From positions 1-44,341 of the forward strand of contig JANNVX010000090.1 of the NCBI GenBank assembly GCA_031414595.1: 44,341 nt of DNA. Direction: 5' to 3'. Source of the stretch: Deinococcales bacterium. GTDB lineage: Bacteria; Deinococcota; Deinococci; Deinococcales; JAAFIG01. The notes under the pieces are model-generated. The model worked only from the letters and a program-made list of their open reading frames with translations, had not been told where the DNA came from and made no database searches. The position numbers were made by a program, and so were the translations under genes. Below are positions 36,839-44,341 of the stretch, in pieces (positions within the stretch are counted from its first letter, which is position 1; each line of letters starts with the position of its first letter).

Positions 36839-36866
36839 AAGGGACTCGAGAAACCTCGAGTCCCTT
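36839..36866 (-). terminator. Intercistronic hairpin built from two CTCGAG sites
   Basis: aagggactcgag-aaac-ctcgagtccctt between the binding-protein and permease genes. Confidence 0.75.
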
Positions 36867-36873
36867 AATGTTT

Positions 36874-38223
36874 TTATTTTAAGCCTGCATCTTCAAGGAC
36901 ACGATTAAGATTGCTTGCTAGTTTGTCGGCTGCGGCTTTTGGCTCGAGTTGACCTGCCAGCATTTGGCTGACTCCTTCGGAAATGGTGGCGTTGAATTGA
37001 CCACTGACTTGGCTATCCACTTGGAACATTCCGCGTTCTTTGGAATCAGCTAGGATTTCGCCGTATGGGTTTTTGGCTTTGTAGGTGGCGCTTTTATAAC
37101 TCGAGGCTCGGGCTGGGTAGCGACCTGCGAGTTCAAACATTTTCATGTCGTTTTCTTGGCTGCTTAAAAATTGTGCCAATAAGAAAGCGGCGGCTTGGTT
37201 TTTGCTGCTTGGGTTGAGCATCAGCGACCAACCGCCAAGCAGGGTGCGTGATGGCGTGGCAGCCAATGACCATTTATTGGCAATTTCGCCTGTACCTAAA
37301 CGCCCAAGAAATGAATCCCATGTGATGACCATGGCTGCGCCTCCACCCAAGAAAAGTTCTCGAGCGGCGGTGTCATCGGTTTGCAGGTAGGAGCTTTGGG
37401 CAAATTTGCTGATGCGTTGCAGACGCTCGAGGGCGCTAAGACTGTACGGCTCGAAAGTCAGGGCATTTTTGGTGTCTAGGAGTGAATTGATGGATTTGCC
37501 CTTCTCGAGGGCAGCACCCGCCGATAAAAGTGCAAAGTGCCACATCAGTGGGTCGCCGGCTCGAGTGGCGGCTAAGGAAACACCGACTCCTTTTGCGCCA
37601 GCAAAGGATTTCCAGTCGGCGGTGTGGAAGTATTCGGCGACCCGTTCAAAATCTGCCCAATTGCGTGGTGCAGTTAGGTCACGGCGGTACTTGGTTTTAT
37701 AGGCAGCTTGGTGTTTGGGGTCGGCAAACAGGTCTTTACGGTAGAACATGCCCATGCCGCTTGCGCCGAAGGGAATCGAGACGATGTTGCTGCCTTTATC
37801 TGGGTCTTGGAAGAAATTACTGGCGCGAACAAAGTCACTGCGGTTCCATTCTGGGTCGGCAAGGTTGGTGTTGGTTAAGAACCCACGAAGCGGTTGCGCC
37901 ACACCTGCTTTGGTGTACGGGCGTTTGAAGGTCGCGGTAAACAGGTCATAGGCCGTACCCTTATTGCGAAGCTCGAGCAGGGTTTTTTCTAAAATTTGAG
38001 CGCCGGGTATTTGCACCACTTCGACGGCAATGCCTGTTTGCTTGCTGAATTCAGCACTGATGTTTTTAACCGCATCTGTCCAAGCAACAGTGGCTAAGGT
38101 CAGTTTTGTGCCTTTGTATGGAGCGGCGGCTTCGGATAACGACCATTTCTTCTGGGCGCTACCTACGGCTGCAATCAGGGCTGCACTGACAAGGGCGGTG
38201 GTGACCAACAAACGTTTTTTCAT
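36874..38223 (-). CDS. Sugar ABC transporter substrate-binding protein
   Basis: Signal peptide from ATG 38223 (SD AGGAG); FYRKDLF, LGGWSL, AAAFLLAQFL. Confidence 0.9.
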   Translation of the reverse strand: MKKRLLVTTALVSAALIAAVGSAQKKWSLSEAAAPYKGTKLTLATVAWTDAVKNISAEFSKQTGIAVEVVQIPGAQILEKTLLELRNKGTAYDLFTATFKRPYTKAGVAQPLRGFLTNTNLADPEWNRSDFVRASNFFQDPDKGSNIVSIPFGASGMGMFYRKDLFADPKHQAAYKTKYRRDLTAPRNWADFERVAEYFHTADWKSFAGAKGVGVSLAATRAGDPLMWHFALLSAGAALEKGKSINSLLDTKNALTFEPYSLSALERLQRISKFAQSSYLQTDDTAARELFLGGGAAMVITWDSFLGRLGTGEIANKWSLAATPSRTLLGGWSLMLNPSSKNQAAAFLLAQFLSSQENDMKMFELAGRYPARASSYKSATYKAKNPYGEILADSKERGMFQVDSQVSGQFNATISEGVSQMLAGQLEPKAAADKLASNLNRVLEDAGLK

Positions 38224-38288
38224 GGGCTTCTCCTGTTGGACTACCTCGAGCCGTTCCACAAAGTGTGGATAGGGCAAATCGAGATATT

Positions 38289-38477
38289 TGAAATGGATTT
38301 CAGTTTTGACTGTAGCATTTAGGGGCTTATATTGTCAATATCAGACCATGAATTTTTTGAGTTAGTGAGACTTAATCCTTTTAGTAAAGCATAAAATTAC
38401 GTTCCTCTCGAGATGTCACCAATATATTGACGAGTAATCGCAAGTTATGCTACATTTAATTTCTGAAATCTGTTTCA
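38289..38477. promoter_or_regulatory. Divergent promoters, each followed by a LacI-type operator
   Basis: Operators TGAAATGGATTTCA (38289-38302) and TGAAATCTGTTTCA (38464-38477); minus TTGACA-18-TACAGT and plus TTGACG-18-TACATT, both with an extended-TG -10. Confidence 0.75.
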
Positions 38478-38580
38478 AATTAATATCAGTTTATTACACC
38501 AGCCAAAAAGACCAAAAAGGCAGGTTGAGCCTATGAAACCGCAACAACACAATACTGCTATGCTGATGGGTAGAAAAACC

Positions 38581-39603
38581 ATGTCAAACTCGGAATTAAC
38601 CATCCAAGATGTTGCCAAAGCCGCAGGAGTCAGCGCTGCCACTGTGTCTCGAGTCATGACAGGTTCGGCTGGTGTGAACATCAAAAAAGCTGAACGGGTG
38701 CGCGAAGTTATTCAGCAACTCAATTATCGTCCAAATCCATTTGCTCGCAACTTACTGCAAAAATCCTCACGAACCATTGGTGTGTTAGTGCCACAACTCG
38801 AGGATGGGTTTTACGGCAAAATTATTACAGGCATCGAACATGAACTGAGTCAAGCGGGTTTTCAAATTCAAATCTCGATTATTCACGGCACGGTTGAACA
38901 AGAAGCCAAAGCCCTGACCAATTTTCTCGAGCGTCAAGTGGATGGCGTGGTACTGATTACCGATTTGCTGCCTGAGCAAATGCTCTTAAATTTTCAAAAA
39001 TACCAAACGCCAATTGTGCTTCTAAACAGACTGATTCCCGAATTTGCCCAGCATTGCATACGGCTTGATAACGTAGAAGGTGGCGCAACTGCCACCAAGT
39101 ACCTGCTGCAAAAAGGACATCGGCGGATTGCTCACATCACAGGTTTACTCGAGCGGGCAGGGTCAAGAGAACGCTTAAATGGTTATGTTCAAGCCTTGCA
39201 AGAAGCAGGCATTGCCCGTGACGACCACCTGATTGTTGAATGCGATTTTAGTGAAGAAGGCGGGTACGCTGCCATGCAGCGCTTACTGGCTCGCACCCAA
39301 TTTACGGCTGTTTTTGCTGGCAACGATACGATGGCAGTCAGTGCCATGCAAGCCGCTCGAGACGCTCACTTACGCATTCCCGAGGACATCAGCATCATTG
39401 GTTTCGATGACCGCAGTTTTAGTCGGTATATCACGCCAAGTCTAACCACCATGCACTACCCGATGCTCAAGATGGGCGCAGCCGCCGCCCAGCATTTAAT
39501 CGCAGTGCTACGCGGCGAAAATCCCAAGCCAGTTCCGCTTTTTCATGCGTCACTGATTGAACGCCAATCGGTGCGCCAGATCGAACCAAAAACCAAAAAA
39601 TAA
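38581..39603 (+). CDS. LacI-family transcriptional regulator
   Basis: TIQDVAKAAGVSAATVSRV, YRPN, IPEDISIIGFDD; the start could be upstream (38533). Confidence 0.93.
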   Translation: MSNSELTIQDVAKAAGVSAATVSRVMTGSAGVNIKKAERVREVIQQLNYRPNPFARNLLQKSSRTIGVLVPQLEDGFYGKIITGIEHELSQAGFQIQISIIHGTVEQEAKALTNFLERQVDGVVLITDLLPEQMLLNFQKYQTPIVLLNRLIPEFAQHCIRLDNVEGGATATKYLLQKGHRRIAHITGLLERAGSRERLNGYVQALQEAGIARDDHLIVECDFSEEGGYAAMQRLLARTQFTAVFAGNDTMAVSAMQAARDAHLRIPEDISIIGFDDRSFSRYITPSLTTMHYPMLKMGAAAAQHLIAVLRGENPKPVPLFHASLIERQSVRQIEPKTKK

Positions 39604-39620
39604 CCCCATGAGGACAGCTT

Positions 39621-41849
39621 ATGACCAAAGAACAACATCATTACGACCTGACCATTATCGGTGGGGGACTCTCGGGCATTTGCGCCGCCATTACCGCCGC
39701 TCGGCTCGGACAAAAAGTCGCTTTGGTGCAGAATCGACCTGTGCTGGGCGGTAATTCCTCGAGTGAAATTCGGGTTTGGGTCTCGAGTGCCACGGCGCAT
39801 GGGGTGCAACGTTACGCCCGTGAAACTGGCATTATGGGTGAATTATTTTTAGAAAACGAGTACAACAACCCCGAAGGCAACCCGTACCTTTGGGATTTGG
39901 TTCTGCTGGACGCAGTAAAACGACAAAAAAACATTGCTTTGTACCTCAATACCGATGTGCGTCATCTCGAGAAAAACCTTGAAACACACATTCAGAGTGT
40001 AATCGGTTGGCAAATGGGTGCAGAACGAGAGATTACGTTTACCAGCCCCTATTTTATGGATTGTACAGGCGATGGTTTAATTGGCTTTTTAGCAGGCGCA
40101 GATTACCGTATGGGACGCGAAGCTCAGCATGAATACGGCGAACTCTGGTCGCCCGAAGTCGCCGATGATTACACACTGGGCAGCACGATTTTCTTTTACA
40201 CCAAAGACGCTGGACGACCCGTACCATTTGTGAAACCCAGCTTTGCCATTGATATTCGTGACACAAGCATCCCCGAAAAACGCATTATTCGCAGTGGCGA
40301 CAACGGTTGTTATTACTGGTGGATTGAATGGGGCGGGGAACTCAACACCATTACCGATAACGAACGCATCCGCGATGAACTCTGGGGTGTGGTCTACGGC
40401 ATTTGGGATTACATTAAAAACAGTGGGAACTTCCCAGACTCGAGCCAAATGACCCTCGAATGGGTTGGTTCAATTCCGGGTAAACGCGAATCAAGGCGTT
40501 TCATTGGTGATTATGTCTTAAAGCAACAAGATATTCTCGAGCAAACCCAATTTGAAGACAGTATTGCCTTTGGCGGTTGGAGCATAGATTTGCACCCACC
40601 ACAAGGTATTTACAGTTTCGAGACTGCCAGCAAACACATGTACTCCGATGGCATTTACCCAATTCCGTATCGGTGCTTGTACTCGAGGAACATCGAAAAT
40701 TTATTTTTTGCCGGACGCAACATCAGCGCTTCTCATGTGGCATTTGGCAGCACTCGAGTCATGGCAACCTGCGCTGTTCTGGGCGAGGTAGCAGGCACAG
40801 CCGCCGCATTGTGCTTGCAACATAGCATCACACCACGCGGACTTTACACACAGCATTCGCTCTTACAACAAACCCTGCTTCGCCAAGATGCCAGTTTAAT
40901 TGGTGTTGCCAATACCGACCCAAAAGACCTTGCCAAACAAGCTCGGGTCAGTGCCTCGAGCTATTTAGAACAAATTGCAATTGTTCAATCAAGCAACACA
41001 ATCCAACTCGAGCCAGACTTAGGTTTGATTATTCCCGTGCAGCACAAACTCGAGCGCCTAAGTTTTTTGATTGATGTGGTTGAAGCTACAGTTATAGAAC
41101 TGGAAATTTACAACACCAGCAAGCCACAAAATTATGTACCGCACACATTACTGCTAAGCATGAGTCAACCAGTTCAAGCTGGGCAAAAGCAATGGGTCGA
41201 GCTACCCACACCACTCGAGTTTGAAAACCCACAAAATGTCTTTTTGATTCTAAAAAGCAATCCCAGTGTTCAAATACACATCGCCCAGCAGCCCTTAATT
41301 GGCGTTCAAGCCTATCAAAAAGTGGTTGCACTCAACACTGGCGACGCAAACGAAGGCAGCAACACCCAACCTTTGCGGGTCTGGAATCCTAAACCATTGC
41401 ATCGGCAACTCCCGTGCATCATGGTTTTTCCAAAAAGCCATGTTTTCGCACCACAAAACGTGATCAACCCTTGGGCAAGACCGTATGGCAATCCCAATGC
41501 TTGGGTATCAACACCACTCGAGGAACACACCAGCACTTGGCTCGAGTTACGCTGGGAAGAATTTTTGCACCTCGAGATGCTACACATTACATTCAATGAT
41601 GATGTCAACGAAGACCTCATTAACTTGCACCATCACCGTTCACCTTGGAGAATCATTCCAGAGATTATTCAGGCTTACCAAATTGAAATCTGCACCTCAC
41701 AAGGCTGGCAGACCCATGAAACAGTGACTGATAACCGCCAACGCCACCGGATTCATACTTTGAGAATCAAAACCAACGCTATACGCATCGTGATAGAAGC
41801 AACCAACGGCGCACCTCGAGCCGAGATTATGCAAGTACGGGTGTACTAA
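39621..41849 (+). CDS. FAD-dependent oxidoreductase (FAD_oxidored-like) with a C-terminal carbohydrate-binding-like beta domain
   Basis: IIGGGLSG, LGGNSSSE, DCTGDG, GKRESRR, AGRNIS, STRVMATC. Confidence 0.85.
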   Translation: MTKEQHHYDLTIIGGGLSGICAAITAARLGQKVALVQNRPVLGGNSSSEIRVWVSSATAHGVQRYARETGIMGELFLENEYNNPEGNPYLWDLVLLDAVKRQKNIALYLNTDVRHLEKNLETHIQSVIGWQMGAEREITFTSPYFMDCTGDGLIGFLAGADYRMGREAQHEYGELWSPEVADDYTLGSTIFFYTKDAGRPVPFVKPSFAIDIRDTSIPEKRIIRSGDNGCYYWWIEWGGELNTITDNERIRDELWGVVYGIWDYIKNSGNFPDSSQMTLEWVGSIPGKRESRRFIGDYVLKQQDILEQTQFEDSIAFGGWSIDLHPPQGIYSFETASKHMYSDGIYPIPYRCLYSRNIENLFFAGRNISASHVAFGSTRVMATCAVLGEVAGTAAALCLQHSITPRGLYTQHSLLQQTLLRQDASLIGVANTDPKDLAKQARVSASSYLEQIAIVQSSNTIQLEPDLGLIIPVQHKLERLSFLIDVVEATVIELEIYNTSKPQNYVPHTLLLSMSQPVQAGQKQWVELPTPLEFENPQNVFLILKSNPSVQIHIAQQPLIGVQAYQKVVALNTGDANEGSNTQPLRVWNPKPLHRQLPCIMVFPKSHVFAPQNVINPWARPYGNPNAWVSTPLEEHTSTWLELRWEEFLHLEMLHITFNDDVNEDLINLHHHRSPWRIIPEIIQAYQIEICTSQGWQTHETVTDNRQRHRIHTLRIKTNAIRIVIEATNGAPRAEIMQVRVY

Positions 41850-41865
41850 ACCATATACTTGGATT

Positions 41866-41910
41866 AAGCGAAATATACTTGGTGAACAGGTACTCTGCTA
41901 AGCCCCAATG
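41866..41910 (-). repeat. Degenerate copy of the gabD 3' end (42/45 identical to 42432-42476)
   Basis: aagcgaaatatacttggtgaacaggtactctgctaagccccaatg vs aagcgaaatatacttggtaaacaggtactcatctaagccccaatg. Confidence 0.92.
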
Positions 41911-41950
41911 TTTCTATTCACAGCTTCAATCTGATTCTACTGCGCCCAGA

Positions 41951-42175
41951 TTACTGGTGTTCAAATAATTCATGAGGCAAACGAGATTGCCGAATAATAC
42001 TCGAAAGCGTGCCGACCCGCACAGTTTTATGGTCTGGCACTGGAACAGATAAACGAGTTGTCCCGTCATCAAATCGCATGATCATATGACTGCCGTTTTG
42101 CCGAACAAAGATAAAACCATGCTGCTCGAGAATGGCACAGATTTCTTTACCAGAAAATTGTGCCAATTTACCCAA
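41951..42175 (-). CDS. hicA: HicA-family toxin (mRNA interferase)
   Basis: SGKEICAILEQHGF..RQNGSHM...VPVPDH...GTLSSIIRQ; TTG start at 42175 overlapping the hicB stop. Confidence 0.88.
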   Translation of the reverse strand: MGKLAQFSGKEICAILEQHGFIFVRQNGSHMIMRFDDGTTRLSVPVPDHKTVRVGTLSSIIRQSRLPHELFEHQ

Positions 42176-42398
42176 AAGCGACCTCGAGTTTGGAGACAAA
42201 AATTTCATTATCCCGCAGTCGTTGCTCAATTTCTTGTTGGTCTGCGACTTCAAAAAATAAGTCTAGGGCTTCTTGCAAGTTGCTACGAGCTTGAAGCACC
42301 GAATCCCCTTGACTGGCAATGTCAAGTTCAGGGCAGAACGACACAAACCCATCATCTTCAGGGGTGATAACAACAGTCAAATCAAGGTTGCGACTCAT
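42168..42398 (-). CDS. hicB: Short HicB-family antitoxin
   Basis: EDDGFVSFCPELDIASQGDS..A..NLQEAL; leaderless TAGACT. Confidence 0.88.
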   Translation of the reverse strand: MSRNLDLTVVITPEDDGFVSFCPELDIASQGDSVLQARSNLQEALDLFFEVADQQEIEQRLRDNEIFVSKLEVAFG

Positions 42399-42422
42399 AG
42401 GCGTAGTCTACTCGAGTTTAGT

Positions 42423-43856
42423 TCAAATCCCAAGCGAAATATACTTGGTAAACAGGTACTCATCTAAGCCCCAATGCCCACCTTCGCGTCCGTACCCCGA
42501 TTGCTTAACCCCGCCAAACGGCGCTTGAACGGTACTTGGCACAGCATCGTTTAAGCCAATAATGCCGTACTCGAGACTTTCGGCGACACGCACCGCCCGA
42601 GAAATATCTTTTGTCCAGATATACGCCGCTAAGCCAAACGGGGTGTTATTAGCGGCTGTGATTGCTTCCTCTTCGGTGTCAAAAGAAACAATCGGAGCAA
42701 CTGGACCAAAGGTTTCTTCCTGCATTAAAAGCATATCGGCAGTTACATTACCCAGTACCGTTGGTGCAAAAATCAATCCCTCGAGGGCAACACCGCCCGT
42801 AATAACGGTTGCACCTTTTGCAGTCGCGTCCTCCACATGACGCACCACTTTCTCGAGTCCAGCCCTGTCTACCACAGGACCAATCTGGGTGCTGGTCTCG
42901 AGGGGGTCGCCAATTTTAAGTTGGGCAACTGCTTCACCAAGTTTTTTGCTAAATTCCTCGAGAATACTGCGCTGCACATACACACGGTTGGTGCAAACAC
43001 ACGTCTGCCCTGCGTTGCGGAATTTACAGGCAATTACGTCTTTTACAGCTTGCTCGAGATTCGCATCTTCAAAAATTAGGTAGGGCGCGTGTCCGCCAAG
43101 TTCCATTGAGACTCGTTTGAGGGTGTCGGCAGCTTGTTTAACCAGAATTTTTCCAACTTCGGTACTGCCGGTAAAGGTAATTTTACGGATTCGTTCGTCT
43201 TCCATAAAAACCTTGGACACAGCTACAGGGTCGTTGGTGGTGATAACCTGAAAAACATCACCGTGTCCGCCAGCCTCGAGCCAAAGTTGGGCAAGTTTTA
43301 GGGCAGTTAAAGGTGATTGCTCGGCGGGTTTTAGAACTATCGTACAACCGGCTGATAATGCAGGCGCAAGTTTACGGGTGACCATTGCGGCAGGAAAATT
43401 CCACGGTGTGACTGCGTAGACTGCGCCAACGGGTTGCCGAATGGCAAACAGGCGTTTATGGGCAAATTGGCTTGGGATGGTCTCGCCATAAATGCGTTTG
43501 GCTTCCTCGGCATACCAATCCACAAAACCAGCCGCGTAACGCACTTCACCTAAGGCTTCTGAAACAGGTTTTCCCATCTCGAGGGCAATCGTTTGGGCAA
43601 TTTCTTGTTCATCCCGAATGATTAAATTAAAGAATTTTCTAAGTAGCGCCCCGCGTTCGTAGGCAGTGGTTTTAAACCACCATTTGAAGGCTTCAACACT
43701 TGCTTCAAGTGCGGTTTGGGCTTGTAGCACACCACAATCGGCAACTCGAGCAATCTCTAAGCCCGTGTACGGATTGGTGACAGCAAAAGTGTCTGTTGTG
43801 TTGATGAATTGCCCAGCAATAAAAGCTCGAGTTTCGCCCGTAAATGTTGTGGTCAT
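42423..43856 (-). CDS. gabD: NAD(P)-dependent succinate-semialdehyde dehydrogenase
   Basis: TPWNFPAAM, FTGSTEVG, MELGGHAP, FRNAGQTCVC, EETFGPV, PFGGVKQSG. Confidence 0.92.
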   Translation of the reverse strand: MTTTFTGETRAFIAGQFINTTDTFAVTNPYTGLEIARVADCGVLQAQTALEASVEAFKWWFKTTAYERGALLRKFFNLIIRDEQEIAQTIALEMGKPVSEALGEVRYAAGFVDWYAEEAKRIYGETIPSQFAHKRLFAIRQPVGAVYAVTPWNFPAAMVTRKLAPALSAGCTIVLKPAEQSPLTALKLAQLWLEAGGHGDVFQVITTNDPVAVSKVFMEDERIRKITFTGSTEVGKILVKQAADTLKRVSMELGGHAPYLIFEDANLEQAVKDVIACKFRNAGQTCVCTNRVYVQRSILEEFSKKLGEAVAQLKIGDPLETSTQIGPVVDRAGLEKVVRHVEDATAKGATVITGGVALEGLIFAPTVLGNVTADMLLMQEETFGPVAPIVSFDTEEEAITAANNTPFGLAAYIWTKDISRAVRVAESLEYGIIGLNDAVPSTVQAPFGGVKQSGYGREGGHWGLDEYLFTKYISLGI

Positions 43857-44138
43857 GTCGTAATTTTAACTTAATTACTTAGTCAGTAGTTGCACGGCTT
43901 GTACGCCGCGAATCTCGAGAAAAGCAGTTTTGGTAGTTTCAAACTTTCCTGTGCAGTACAGTTTTATGTTGTTTTTTGAAGATTCTTTATGATTGTTTGC
44001 TATTCCTGAAGAATTCGTGCAGTCAACAAGTCACTGCACGCGACTACACGAAGACTATACGATCAGATCATACCCTGAAGTTGCTGCTGATTCTGATTAT
44101 TTTTGGTATCAGCAATAAGGGAGAAAAATCACATGAAA

Positions 44139-44168
44139 AACGCAACGCAACGCAACGCAACGCAACGC
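44139..44168 (+). repeat. (AACGC)6 simple sequence repeat just after an ATG
   Basis: AAGGGAG SD, ATG at 44133, then six AACGC units. Confidence 0.9.
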
Positions 44169-44203
44169 AGTAGCTCGAGCAATCATTCACAATCGGGAGA
44201 AAC

Positions 44204-44341
44204 TAAGTGCTTCCCGTGTAACAATCAGATAATGACACCTCCAATTGCTGTCAACGCTACCATCAAAGCAGCCCGCAATTCAGTCAGTGAGTCATAACAA
44301 CGACGCGGCATCAAAAATCCTTTGATTTTACGCCAGATATT
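44204..44341 (-). mobile_element. 3' end of a second IS630-family element (transposase C-terminus 44225..>44341)
   Basis: Minus strand NIWRKIKGFLMPRRCYDSLTELRAALMVALTAIGGVII*, resembling Deinococcus IS630 transposase ends; terminal TAAGTGCTTCCC at 44204. Confidence 0.7.

Noticed and set aside
1-44341. Composite transposon bounded by the two IS630 ends
   Set aside because: The two elements differ in sequence, and the interval contains core genes (secA, tsaD, hisD).

Overview
44.3 kb bacterial chromosomal segment. It is most likely from Deinococcota (inference from a Thermus-type SecA insertion, Deinococcus-like genes and frequent leaderless promoters). Both ends of the window are 3' ends of two different IS630-family transposases. 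Housekeeping genes (hisD, aroK, dprA, secA, tRNA-Lys, rlmN, tsaD, gabD) are mixed with accessory loci: a metal ABC transporter, a GntR-ABC-acyltransferase operon, a TetR-DoxX locus, a GGCC-type restriction-modification pair, a sugar ABC/LacI/FAD-oxidoreductase locus, a hicBA toxin-antitoxin cassette and an AT-rich 936-aa orphan. The strongest unexplained signal is the palindrome CTCGAG. By hand count it occurs about 6 times per kb in the first 4 kb, falls in all reading frames, and forms terminator stems and ribosome-binding sites, but it is nearly absent from the AT-rich foreign gene. This resembles a HIP1- or uptake-sequence-like system. Other observations: GGCC is almost absent; hicBA is flanked by a duplicated gabD 3' end; a leaderless aromatic-residue uORF with a hairpin precedes aroK; 23-nt repeats form a translational-coupling relay; a Pho-box-like array is present; and the tRNA T-loop is atypical. 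All calls come from reading the sequence by eye; no searches were run.
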